From: Planctomycetota bacterium
Lineage (GTDB): Bacteria; Planctomycetota; SZUA-567; H5-PLA8
Assembly (NCBI GenBank): GCA_038227875.1
Contig: JBBRPR010000094.1
Span: 1-22,692 of the forward strand
Direction of reading: 5' to 3'
DNA length: 22,692 nt
Within the stretch, counting starts at the first letter, position 1. The number at the start of each line of letters is the position of its first letter. A program made the position numbers and the translations under genes. Below, in pieces: positions 1-8,981 of the stretch. The notes under the pieces are model-generated. The model ran no database searches. It saw only the letters and a program-made list of their open reading frames with translations, and had not been told where the DNA came from.

Positions 1-76
1 GAACAATACCGACACGAATGGCGATGGCGTCACGGATGACAAGGATAATATTTACAGCAGCGATCCTGGCGCGTAA
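1..76 (+). CDS. 3' end of a CDS entering the window (…NNTDTNGDGVTDDKDNIYSSDPGA*), with a DxNxDG acidic Ca-binding-like motif
   Basis: Frame starting at base 2 is open to TAA at 74-76, has host-like codons and is followed immediately by an intergenic repeat. Confidence 0.6.
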   Translation, partial: NNTDTNGDGVTDDKDNIYSSDPGA

Positions 77-80
77 CAAA

Positions 81-240
81 CGGAGTCATTGGTCATTGGT
101 CATTGGTCATCGGTCATCGGTCATTGGTCATCGGTCATTTTTCATTTACGGAGAGCGTGAGGTCGGGCCAAAATCCGTGTCTCCCGCTCCCCGTAAATGA
201 CAAATGAAAAATGACCAATACCCAATGACCAATGACTCCG
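81..240. repeat. Inverted pair of heptamer tandem arrays (TCATTGG/TCATCGG)n … (CCAATGA)n around an imperfect inner hairpin
   Basis: Outer 19 bp CGGAGTCATTGGTCATTGG matches the reverse complement of CCAATGACCAATGACTCCG; inner ACGGAGAGCG pairs imperfectly with CGCTCCCCGT. Confidence 0.95.
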
Positions 241-388
241 TTCCTGTCCGAATTTCAAACAACCGCGTCTAATCCTCAACATTGCCATCCCCTCAGGACC
301 GGGGTATTGATATCCGTGTCGCACGTGCACTGGATTTCGAACCCGACGGCGCTTCTGGCCGAAAATCAAACTAGGAGACGTTCCCCCC

Positions 389-1180
389 ATGCTGACCCGC
401 GAACAGGTTGATTTCTACGAAGAACACGGCTACCTGCGCATCCCCCAGGTTTTCAGCAAGACGGAAATCGATGCGATGGACGTCGAACTCGAAAACCTGA
501 TCCAGAATTGGGCCAGCAACGAAGCCGGTTGGACCGGTCCGTGGCGCAAAGTCTATATGGATGCGGAGACCGAAAAGAAGTCCAAGCTGATCGCGCTCCA
601 CGATCTCCAGTTCCTGGCGCAGTCCTGGTGCAAGGCTGTCGTCAACGAACGCCTCGTCGGCGCCATGGTCGATCTTCTCGGACCGAACGTCGAACTTCAC
701 CACAGCACCCTGCACGCTAAGCCGCCGGAGACCGGCCACCCGTTCCCGATGCATCAGGATTGGGCGTTTTATCAGCACGACGACGGCCGCTACGTCGATG
801 TGCTCGTCCATCTCGACGACACCGACGACAACAACGGCTGCATCCGCTTCATGGATGGCTCGCACAAGCTCGGTTCGCTGGAGCACATCACCCGCACGCC
901 CGAAGGCCCGTGCACGCCGCACTTGCCGACGAACAAGTTCAGTCTGGAAGACACCGTGCCGGTCCCGGCCAAGCGCGGCGACGTGGTCGTCTTCCAGATC
1001 AACACGATTCACGGCTCCCGCATCAACAAGACCAACAAGATGCGCCGCCTGGTTCGCGTTGGCTACCGCAACCCCGAGAACAAGCAGACCGGCGGACAGT
1101 CGCTGGGCCGCGAATGCCTGATGGTCTCCGGCATCCGCGCCAAGGTCCATGTGGCTCAGCCGGCGTTCGTGGAAGAGTAA
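389..1180 (+). CDS. Phytanoyl-CoA dioxygenase (PhyH) family Fe(II)/2-oxoglutarate dioxygenase
   Basis: N-terminal LTREQVDFYEEHGYL, HQD facial-triad motif, distal IHGS..N…R; SD AGGAG at 373-377. Confidence 0.9.
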   Translation: MLTREQVDFYEEHGYLRIPQVFSKTEIDAMDVELENLIQNWASNEAGWTGPWRKVYMDAETEKKSKLIALHDLQFLAQSWCKAVVNERLVGAMVDLLGPNVELHHSTLHAKPPETGHPFPMHQDWAFYQHDDGRYVDVLVHLDDTDDNNGCIRFMDGSHKLGSLEHITRTPEGPCTPHLPTNKFSLEDTVPVPAKRGDVVVFQINTIHGSRINKTNKMRRLVRVGYRNPENKQTGGQSLGRECLMVSGIRAKVHVAQPAFVEE

Positions 1181-1190
1181 GAAAACAGCA

Positions 1191-1243
1191 TTGCGGATTT
1201 CGGATTGCGGATTGCGGATTGGATTCGCAATCCGCAACTTTTT
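1191..1243 (+). repeat. (TTGCGGA)x4 heptamer array with one inverted copy forming a hairpin followed by CTTTTT
   Basis: TTGCGGATTG-GATTCG-CAATCCGCAA at 1212-1237, then CTTTTT. Confidence 0.85.
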
Positions 1244-1267
1244 AATCTCGCTCAAGGAAAATTGACC

Positions 1268-2056
1268 ATGCAGACGGCTATCGCTTCACCGCGCGCTCAG
1301 TTTGAGGCGGACGGGTTGTATCTCTCGCCGTCGGCGGTGATTCCCGCGGAGCTCGTGGCGCGTGCCGTTCAGCACATGGACGACGTGATGAACTGCAAGT
1401 ACGAGACCGGCGTGCCGGTGCCATGGCGCTCGTGGAATCCCGGCGACAGCCCGACGGCGCTGCGCAAGCTGAACGAGACGCACATCAGCGACCGCACGAT
1501 CCACGAACTGATCTCACACCCCGCGCTGGGCAAGCTCGCGGCGGAGATCACCGGCGCAAAAATGGTCCAGGTCTGGGCGACGCAACTGCTCTACAAACCG
1601 CCGAGCTCCACGCTGGAGAAGAACAGCGTCGGCTGGCACCAGGACCGCCAGTACTGGAAGTATTGGGACGGCGAAGTCTTCACCGCGTGGGTCGCGCTGA
1701 GCGACGTCACCGCGCAGTCGGGACCGATGAAGCTGATCCGCGGCTCGCATCACTGGGGCGAGAAGGAAGGCGGCGATTTCTTCAGCAGCAACATGGACGA
1801 GATGCGCCGCGCACTCCAAGCCCAAGTCGGCACCGGCGGCAAATGGGAAGAAGTCGAAGCGATCCTGCCGCCCGGCGGCGTGAGCTTCCATCACCGACTT
1901 ACCGTCCACGGCAGCGGCCAGAACACGTCCAACGCCGCGCGCCGCAGCTTCGCCATCCACCTGCGCACGGAGAAATCAAAAGCCGCGAAGGACGACCCCT
2001 ATACGAATAGTCTCGGGGATCCGCAGCGCTGTCCGATTATTTATGACGCAAGGTGA
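1268..2056 (+). CDS. PhyH-family Fe(II)/2-oxoglutarate dioxygenase
   Basis: WHQD motif, FTAWVAL, VHGSGQN…RR. Start moved to ATG 1268 behind AAGGA because the ORF-track start (1205) lies in the repeat. Confidence 0.9.
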   Translation: MQTAIASPRAQFEADGLYLSPSAVIPAELVARAVQHMDDVMNCKYETGVPVPWRSWNPGDSPTALRKLNETHISDRTIHELISHPALGKLAAEITGAKMVQVWATQLLYKPPSSTLEKNSVGWHQDRQYWKYWDGEVFTAWVALSDVTAQSGPMKLIRGSHHWGEKEGGDFFSSNMDEMRRALQAQVGTGGKWEEVEAILPPGGVSFHHRLTVHGSGQNTSNAARRSFAIHLRTEKSKAAKDDPYTNSLGDPQRCPIIYDAR

Positions 2057-2063
2057 GACGATT

Positions 2064-2186
2064 TATTGCGGATTGCGGATTGCGGATTAGCGATCGAATG
2101 CAAATCCGAGAAACGCAAGACCGCGTGATAATAGCCCGTGTTCAATCCCGATCTAATCCGTAATCCGCAATCCGAAATCCGCAATA
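2064..2186. repeat. Inverted pair of heptamer arrays (TTGCGGA)n … (TCCGCAA)n
   Basis: Three units on the left and four inverted units on the right, extended by TTAG-(C)GATCG / CGATCTAA pairing. Confidence 0.9.
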
Positions 2187-2267
2187 GCAGTTCCCAGCCC
2201 CTTCGCTTGACGATGCCAAAGAATATACTAAAAGAATACAAACCGTGCAGACCTCTCGAGGAGCAGC

Positions 2268-2870
2268 ATGGAAGCGATTCTCTCTGACAAAGTGCTGGTT
2301 CTAAATCGCTCGTGGGTGGCCGTTAACGTCGCCACCGTGCGCCGCGCTTTGACTCTCGTCTACCAGGACGTCGCCCGCATCGTCGCTCCCGACGATTACT
2401 CCACGTATAATTTTGAAGGCTGGATCGAAGCGACGCGCGAAGCGAAGTCGGGTAACCGCATTCAATCCGCCACCGTCTCCTTTAATGTGCCCGAAGTCAT
2501 CGTGCTTAGCGTCTTCAACGGGCGTTTCAGCAAAGAGGTGCGTTTCAGCCGCCGCAACATTTTCGAACGCGACGAGAACACCTGCCAGTACTGCGGCCGC
2601 CGCTTCGACCGCAGCGAACTGACGCTCGACCACGTTACCCCGCGCAGCCGCGGCGGCACGAGCACCTGGACGAACATCGTCCTCGCCTGCATCAAATGCA
2701 ACATGCGCAAGGGCGATCGCCTGCCCACCGAAATCAACATGAAGCTCGCCCGCCGCCCGATCAAGCCGCAGTGGGCCACGCGCGTCGGCGTGAAACTTGG
2801 CCGCGCCTGCAAGCCGTCGTGGGAACGCTTCCTGGAAGAAGCGTACTGGGACGTGGAGCTGAAGGAGTAG
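2268..2870 (+). CDS. HNH endonuclease (McrA-like, zinc-binding)
   Basis: VLVLN N-terminus, RD..CQYCG, DHVTPRSRGG, WTNIVLACIKCN; SD GAGGAG upstream. Confidence 0.92.
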   Translation: MEAILSDKVLVLNRSWVAVNVATVRRALTLVYQDVARIVAPDDYSTYNFEGWIEATREAKSGNRIQSATVSFNVPEVIVLSVFNGRFSKEVRFSRRNIFERDENTCQYCGRRFDRSELTLDHVTPRSRGGTSTWTNIVLACIKCNMRKGDRLPTEINMKLARRPIKPQWATRVGVKLGRACKPSWERFLEEAYWDVELKE

Positions 2871-2893
2871 GTGGAAGGCTTTGTCTCCGAGCA

Positions 2894-2967
2894 AATTTTG
2901 AATTTTGAATTCTTAATTTTGAATTAGAAACGCAGCCACAGCAATTAAGAATTCAAAATTCAAAATT
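2894..2967. repeat. Inverted pair of heptamer arrays (AATTTTG)n … (CAAAATT)n
   Basis: 25-bp perfect inverted repeat AATTTTGAATTTTGAATTCTTAATT (2894-2918 vs 2943-2967). Confidence 0.95.
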
Positions 2968-3005
2968 GCCTTCGAACTGAACCGGGCCGCACACAGGGGA
3001 TAACC

Positions 3006-3824
3006 ATGCCTTACCGACTTTCTGCCTTCGCTGACGAAATCGCGCCGGACATTCAGGTGCAGATGGATCACCTGCTCGAGAATGGCATCACCGCCTGTGC
3101 GATGCGCGGGGCGAACGGCAAGAACGTGATGGAGTTCGAAGACTTCCAGGTGAAGTTGATGAAGACGCAGTTCTTCAACCGCGGCATCCGCTTTTCGTGC
3201 ATCGGGTCGCCCATCGGCAAAATCAAAGTCACCGATCCGTTCGAACCGGAACTCGAACGCCTGAAGAAGGCGATGAAGCTGGCCAAGGCGTTTGAAACCA
3301 AGGTCGTCCGCATCTTCTCGTTTTACATTCCGGAAGGCGACGCCCCGACCAAGCACAAGGCCGAAGTGCTGCGCCGCATGAAGGCGCTGGCCGATCTGGC
3401 CAAATCGGAAGAGATCAACCTGGTCGTCGAAAACGAGAAGGGCATCTACGGCGACATCTCCGACCGCCAGCTGGAAGTGCTCGAACACATCAACATGCCC
3501 AACGTCCGCAACGCGTTCGATTTCGGCAACTACGTCGAATGCAAAGACGACCTGATGAAGGCGTGGGGCAAGCTGAAGAAACTCACCGTCGACATCCACG
3601 CCAAGGACGTGAAGCACGGCCACGGTGTGGTCCCCGTCGGCCAGGGCGACGGCCACGTGAAGGAGATCCTGCAGGACGCCTTCGCGACCGACTGGAAAGG
3701 CTACATCTCCTTGGAGCCGCACCTCAGCGCTGCTGGCCAGTTCCAGGGTTTCACCGGCGCGACGCTGTTCAAGACCGCCGTCGATGCGCTGAAGAAGATT
3801 TTGACGGAAGTCGGCGCGAAGTAA
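3006..3824 (+). CDS. Sugar phosphate isomerase/epimerase (xylose-isomerase-like TIM barrel)
   Basis: SAFADEI start; metal ligands in VENE, FDFGN, HAKD, LEPH. Confidence 0.88.
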   Translation: MPYRLSAFADEIAPDIQVQMDHLLENGITACAMRGANGKNVMEFEDFQVKLMKTQFFNRGIRFSCIGSPIGKIKVTDPFEPELERLKKAMKLAKAFETKVVRIFSFYIPEGDAPTKHKAEVLRRMKALADLAKSEEINLVVENEKGIYGDISDRQLEVLEHINMPNVRNAFDFGNYVECKDDLMKAWGKLKKLTVDIHAKDVKHGHGVVPVGQGDGHVKEILQDAFATDWKGYISLEPHLSAAGQFQGFTGATLFKTAVDALKKILTEVGAK

Positions 3825-3866
3825 CCCTGTCATTTATTATTTTGACTGCTCGACTCAAGGGCAAAC

Positions 3867-4766
3867 ATGTCTGATTCCGACGCCCCGCCTAAACCGTTGC
3901 CTAAGGCGGGGAGTTCATCGATCCTATTGCTGGCAATCATTCTGATCGGTTTTGTGCTGGCCATCATCTTTGGCATGAAGACGCATCGCACTTCGCAGTC
4001 CTATCAACCGCCCTCAATCAAACCGCAAATCGCCGATATTCTTATATCGGCTCCGTTTTTGACTTTGGCGACTGTGTGTGTGCTTTTGATTTTAATTCTC
4101 TGGAAGCTGTTGAAGCGAAATTTCTCGGTTCACCAGAAAGGTAATGATGCAGCGGCGTTGTTTAATGCCGGAAGGCTGGACGAAGCCGAAACGCTTTTTT
4201 CAAAATTGCTGGCCGAGATGAATGGCTCTTACCTAATGAAATACAATCTCGCCCTGGTTGCGCTGCAGCAGAGCCGTTTTGATCGGGCAGCCAAGCTGCT
4301 GGACGAGTGTTCGAAAGTGACGGAAATTCCACGGCTCCCTTTTGTGCCCACCGCCTGTGCCCAGCTTCATGCTCTGAATTCCGAATTGGCCGTAGCGGAG
4401 CATGCCTACGACGAAGCGTTTGCGCTGACTCCAATCGATCAAATGGGGAATTTGGCGCTTCCCCATGCGCTGATCGCGATTCGGAGGGGTGCGTTCAAAC
4501 TAGTTGCCGATATGCCGTCCGAAGAATGGTTCGGCGCGGAGATCGGGTCACCTCAGCAGATGCGCTGCATGCGAGTTCTTCGCGCGTTTGCAATCTCGAA
4601 AATGCCAGCAGGCGAATCGTCCGAAACCTTGGTTAAGGAAATGCTCTCCGGCGCGCGCCCATTTCGAATGAACGAATACAATTACCTTGTTCCGCGATTG
4701 CCGGAGCTACTTGTGTTTCTAAACGAGCATGGATTTTCCACTACGGCGGATGTGAATAAATCATGA
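3867..4766 (+). CDS. Membrane-anchored protein with two hydrophobic helices and TPR-like repeats
   Basis: Two hydrophobic stretches, then TPR-like segments (GRLDEAETLF, YNLALVALQQSRFDRAAKLL); stop overlaps next start (ATGA). Confidence 0.65.
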   Translation: MSDSDAPPKPLPKAGSSSILLLAIILIGFVLAIIFGMKTHRTSQSYQPPSIKPQIADILISAPFLTLATVCVLLILILWKLLKRNFSVHQKGNDAAALFNAGRLDEAETLFSKLLAEMNGSYLMKYNLALVALQQSRFDRAAKLLDECSKVTEIPRLPFVPTACAQLHALNSELAVAEHAYDEAFALTPIDQMGNLALPHALIAIRRGAFKLVADMPSEEWFGAEIGSPQQMRCMRVLRAFAISKMPAGESSETLVKEMLSGARPFRMNEYNYLVPRLPELLVFLNEHGFSTTADVNKS

Positions 4767-5482
4767 CCAAAACCACCCTCCGCGAAGTCGCCTGGATCGG
4801 CGACGCCTACCTCAAAAAGAAGCGCCCGATCCGCGGCGTCGTGCTCTGGTTTCATGGGCTCGGCCGGATTGAAATGAAACACGAGCCGACCATGCAGGAA
4901 CTCGCGTTCGCCGAGGCCGGCGGGCTCGTCGTTCATCCCTACTACGGCGCATGGAATTGGATGAACCGGCAGACGCGCGACTTCATCGACACGCTCGTCG
5001 ATTCCATCTACGACGTCTACAAGCTGAAAGACTCCGTCCCGCTGATCTCCACCGGCGAAAGCATGGGCGGGCAATGCGCGCTGATTTACACGCGCTACGC
5101 CAGGCGACCCATCGCGGCCTGCGCCGTCAACTGCCCCGTCTGCGATCTGAGTTACGCCTTCCACGAACGCCCGGACGTGCCGCGCACGATCCACTTTGCC
5201 TTCCGCGGCTACACGGAAAAAATGCCGGCGCTGATCGCCGAACACTGCCCCGTCACGCAGGCCGCGCAAATGCCCGACATCCCCTACCAGATCATCCACG
5301 GCGTCCAGGACTACGGCGTGACCAAGGCCAACCATTCAGACAAGCTCGTACCGCGGATGCGCAAGCACGGGTTGAACGTCGAATACTTGGAAGTCCCCGA
5401 AATGGTCCACTGCTCGCCGATGCCCCCGGCGATCTGGAAACGCCAGACCGACTTCGTCTGCAAGCACTTCGGTCGTTTGTAG
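4763..5482 (+). CDS. Alpha/beta hydrolase (S9/esterase-like)
   Basis: FHG oxyanion motif, GESMGG nucleophile elbow, HGVQD acid, C-terminal His (MVH). Confidence 0.85.
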   Translation: MTKTTLREVAWIGDAYLKKKRPIRGVVLWFHGLGRIEMKHEPTMQELAFAEAGGLVVHPYYGAWNWMNRQTRDFIDTLVDSIYDVYKLKDSVPLISTGESMGGQCALIYTRYARRPIAACAVNCPVCDLSYAFHERPDVPRTIHFAFRGYTEKMPALIAEHCPVTQAAQMPDIPYQIIHGVQDYGVTKANHSDKLVPRMRKHGLNVEYLEVPEMVHCSPMPPAIWKRQTDFVCKHFGRL

Positions 5483-5538
5483 TCCGGGCGTCACGCCCGG
5501 AGTTTTCGTGGTCCGGGCGAGCCGCCCGGACTACAAAC
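5475..5538. repeat. REP doublet (REPIN-like): two GTAG-preceded palindromes in inverted orientation
   Basis: 16-bp inverted repeat GTTTGTAGTCCGGGCG / CGCCCGGACTACAAAC; each half contains TCCGGGCG-N4-CGCCCGGA; lies between convergent genes. Confidence 0.8.
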
Positions 5539-5560
5539 AGCACGACGCAAACCCGACGCG

Positions 5561-6001
5561 CTATCTTGCTTTCACCGGATGCACGACCGTCAGCAACTGC
5601 CCGTCCGCGCGTTCGTCTTCGAAGCTCACCACAAAACACGAGACCGGGCCGCTTAACTTTCCAATCGCGTCAAAGTCGAGCGGATAACCATGCGCGTCGG
5701 CCGGGTAGTAAATCCAGAACGTGCCCGTGCGGTGCTCGGGCTTGCTCGAGCCGACGTCGATCTCCGTCGCGCGCTGCATTGGCGGCCCGTAAAGCGCGCG
5801 TACGGTCACCGCGTCGGCGCTCAAAATTCGCGACGCCAGCTTCGTGTACTCGTCGCCCGTCGCCTGGCCGGAAGTGATCCGGCGCGTCTGGTCGAGATAC
5901 TCCACGCGCCGGTTCTCACGTGAGATCAAGCCCACAATGATCAACGCCGCCGCAAAAAACGCCTGCACCGCCAGCACGATTTTAAAGAGACGCGTGTCCA
6001 T
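5561..6001 (-). CDS. Hypothetical protein with N-terminal transmembrane anchor
   Basis: 146-aa ORF with hydrophobic N-terminus and host-like codons; fills the gap after the M16 gene. Confidence 0.7.
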   Translation of the reverse strand: MDTRLFKIVLAVQAFFAAALIIVGLISRENRRVEYLDQTRRITSGQATGDEYTKLASRILSADAVTVRALYGPPMQRATEIDVGSSKPEHRTGTFWIYYPADAHGYPLDFDAIGKLSGPVSCFVVSFEDERADGQLLTVVHPVKAR

Positions 6002-6058
6002 TATTGAAAAAGCTTCGATTCCTATTTAGTGCGCATCGAACTTGCTCAACTGCAATGC

Positions 6059-6114
6059 TCAGTCCTCAGTCCTCAGTCCTCAGTCCTCAGTCCTCAGTCC
6101 TCAGTCCTCAGTCC
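6059..6114. repeat. Perfect tandem array (TCAGTCC)x8
   Basis: Eight exact copies; one copy overlaps the M16 gene stop codon. Confidence 0.97.
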
Positions 6115-8900
6115 TTCCCCTTCGGCTTCAACAGCGCCTTCGCAAAATTATTCGGATCGAGATACTTGATCGCCGCCGCCTTGACCTGCGCAGGCGTCAC
6201 GTTCGCCAACCGCGCGCGGCGGCCAAAGAGGTACGCCGCGCCTTCGTTGTACAGCTGCGAGAGCGCCAGGCTCTTGGCCAGTTCGCTCTGGTTCTGCAGT
6301 TCGATCGCTTCCGTGCCGCTCATGTAGCTCTTGACCGAATCGAGTTCCTTGTCGGGAATCGCGTCGGTGCGGAGCTGCTTGACCTGATCCCACATCGTCG
6401 CCAGCGACGTCTCGATATTCTGCGGATCGGTCTGAATGAAAAAGACGATGCCGCCGCCGTCCAACTGCGAATCGTTGTTCACGCCGACGGTATACGCGGT
6501 GCCCTGCTTTTCGCGGATCGCGACGAAGAAGCGCCCACCGAGTCCCGACAGATCCGACGCGAGCAGATCCAGAATTTCGCGGTCCGGATTCTTCAAGTCG
6601 ACGCCGCGAAACGCGAGTTCCAGGATCACATTCGTGATGTCCGCCTTCGATGCCTCGCCGGTCTTGCCGCCGGTCAGGTCCGGCATCGGCGGCACGGTCG
6701 GCGCTTTGAATTCGCCGGTCTTCATTCCGTTGAACGACTTCAGCGCCAGCTCCGCCGCCTCGGCCGCCTTCAAATCGCCGACGAACGAGATCGCCAGATT
6801 CTCCGGCTTCACCCAGGCTTGGTGGAGCTTCTTCAGATCGTCGGGCGTCACCTTTTTCACCGTCTCGGTCGTGCCGAGCACCTGCCGCGAATACGGGTGC
6901 GTGCCGTAGAGCATCGGGCGCAGCACCTTGCCGGCGATCGAGAACAGGGATTCGTCTTCCTCCGCGATGCGCTGCAACGTGTCCGACTTCAGTGTCTCGA
7001 ATTCTTCGGCCGGGAACGACGGCTGCAGCATGCACTCCGCCGCGAGTTCCACCAGCTTCGTCGCGTCCTGCTTCAAACCGCTGACTTCGACGCCGAACGA
7101 ATTCTTGCCGCTGAACGCCGAGAGCGATGCGCCGAGGTCTTCGCTCGCCTGCGAAATCTGGAGCTTGTTCCGCTTGGCCGTGCCGTGGTCGAGCATCTCG
7201 GCCATCAAATTCCCTGAGCCGGCGAGCTCCGCCGGTTCCCAGCGCGTGCCTCCCAGAGCGGCGATGGACAGATTGAGCACCGGCAGCGAACGATCTTCCT
7301 TCAGCACCACGCGGACGCCGGAGGGTTTGAGTGTGAATTCGAAGACCGATTTATCGACCAGGAGTGTGGCCTTCTCAACGTTCGGATTCTTCTGCAGTTC
7401 CTGCAGCTCTAGTTGGAGATTCGCGATGTTCAAATCGCCGGGCATTTTTCCGGCAGGCTTCACTGCTGGAGCGAGCTCCGCCGCAGGCTTTTCGCCCTCG
7501 GCTTTCGGCGCGCTGACCATGATCGCGACGTTCAGCCTTTCCGGCGTCAGGTATTTGTTGGCGACGCGCACCACATCTTCCGCGGTGACGGCCTGCATCC
7601 TTTCGGTGTAGTGAGCGGAAAAGTCGAGATCGCCGGCCGTGAACCAGCCGCTGCCAATGTCCTCGGCCAGACCTTCGACGGTCATCTGCGCGAAGACGTG
7701 CGACGTGTACATCTTGCGCTTGGCGCGCGCGAGTTCCTCGGGTGTCGGCGGCGTGGTCTTCGTCGCTTCGATCACTTTCAAAATCGCATCGCGCGCGGCG
7801 TCGACCTTGTCGTCTTCGGCCGTGGCCATCACGCCGAAGTAGCCGGCATACATCGGCGTGTAATCGTACGCGCCGATGTCGACGACCAGTTTCTGCTTGT
7901 CCTTCACTTCCTGGTACAGGCGGCTGGCGCGGCCGTCGCCGATGATGTTGGCCAGCAGATCGAGCGCGTACATATCCTTGTCGCGCGTCGAGACCGACGG
8001 AAATCCGATCATGATTTTCGGAATCTCGCACAGCGGGTGCGAAACTTTCACAAAACGCGGCGCGACCTGCGGCGGCTCTTCCGGAACCACGACCGGATCG
8101 ACGCTCTTGCGCTTCCACGCGCCCAGCGTTTTGGCCATCGTCGGGAGGACCTTGGCCGTGTCGACATCGCCCACGCAGATGAACGTGGTCATCTGCGGAG
8201 AATAGCGCTGCTGGTAGTACGCGAAGACGTCTTGGGGTGTGACTTCCTTGAAACGTTCGGGATAGCCCAGCACCGGCACGCCGTACGGATGGACCTGGTA
8301 GATCAGGCGCTGGAAGACATCGTTGAGCACCGAGTCGGGCGTGTTGATCGAGCGTTCGATTTCCTTGTAGACGACGCCGTGTTCCTTCTTGCCTTCGTCC
8401 GGCGGCATCTTGGAATCCATCAGCATGTCCGCCAGCGCGGCGAACGCGGTATCGAAACCTTCGGCGGCCGCGGTCATGTGATAAGTGGTGCGTTCGCTGT
8501 TGGTGTACGCGTTGTCGTCACCGCCCGCGCCGCGAATTTCCTGGTCGAGCACGCCGGTCGGCCGCTTGGTCGTGCCTTTGAACATCATGTGTTCGGCGTA
8601 GTGGCTGATGCCCGCGCCCATCCATTTGTTCTCGTGGATCGCGCCCGTGCGCACCCAGCCCTGCACGGTCAGCACCGGCGCGCTGTGTTTTTCCAGCACG
8701 ATGAGTTCCAGCCCGTTGGGCAGCAGCGCGTACGTCGCGCCGTTTTCCGCGCGCCGCATTTCCTGCGGCCGCGCCTCTTCGGGCAGCGCCGCCATGACCG
8801 CCTTCAGCGCATCCGAAACCGGCGGAATTTCCGCCGCGATTGCAGGGCGCACAAGGAGCAGCACAACGATGGAACACGCAACCAAACGAAGACGAAACAT
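6108..8900 (-). CDS. M16 family (pitrilysin/PqqL-like) zinc metallopeptidase, secreted
   Basis: Signal peptide, inverted zincin HYAEH motif followed by FKGT, NAYT; second half is the usual catalytically degenerate repeat (NLMAEML). Confidence 0.95.
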   Translation of the reverse strand: MFRLRLVACSIVVLLLVRPAIAAEIPPVSDALKAVMAALPEEARPQEMRRAENGATYALLPNGLELIVLEKHSAPVLTVQGWVRTGAIHENKWMGAGISHYAEHMMFKGTTKRPTGVLDQEIRGAGGDDNAYTNSERTTYHMTAAAEGFDTAFAALADMLMDSKMPPDEGKKEHGVVYKEIERSINTPDSVLNDVFQRLIYQVHPYGVPVLGYPERFKEVTPQDVFAYYQQRYSPQMTTFICVGDVDTAKVLPTMAKTLGAWKRKSVDPVVVPEEPPQVAPRFVKVSHPLCEIPKIMIGFPSVSTRDKDMYALDLLANIIGDGRASRLYQEVKDKQKLVVDIGAYDYTPMYAGYFGVMATAEDDKVDAARDAILKVIEATKTTPPTPEELARAKRKMYTSHVFAQMTVEGLAEDIGSGWFTAGDLDFSAHYTERMQAVTAEDVVRVANKYLTPERLNVAIMVSAPKAEGEKPAAELAPAVKPAGKMPGDLNIANLQLELQELQKNPNVEKATLLVDKSVFEFTLKPSGVRVVLKEDRSLPVLNLSIAALGGTRWEPAELAGSGNLMAEMLDHGTAKRNKLQISQASEDLGASLSAFSGKNSFGVEVSGLKQDATKLVELAAECMLQPSFPAEEFETLKSDTLQRIAEEDESLFSIAGKVLRPMLYGTHPYSRQVLGTTETVKKVTPDDLKKLHQAWVKPENLAISFVGDLKAAEAAELALKSFNGMKTGEFKAPTVPPMPDLTGGKTGEASKADITNVILELAFRGVDLKNPDREILDLLASDLSGLGGRFFVAIREKQGTAYTVGVNNDSQLDGGGIVFFIQTDPQNIETSLATMWDQVKQLRTDAIPDKELDSVKSYMSGTEAIELQNQSELAKSLALSQLYNEGAAYLFGRRARLANVTPAQVKAAAIKYLDPNNFAKALLKPKGKD

Positions 8901-8981
8901 AGTGCGATCTCCCTTTTGAAACTCATTTCAGTCTGCACGGTCCAGCCCATGACCAATAGATCATTAGCCTGATTAATGACC

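Noticed and set aside
18..390. ORFs 18-200 (+) and 142-390 (-)
   Set aside because: Translations of the heptamer arrays (SLVIGH repeats), not credible genes
2207..2237. Possible sigma70 promoter before the HNH gene (TTGACG, TATACT)
   Set aside because: The two boxes are only 11 nt apart; no good -10 at 16-18 nt
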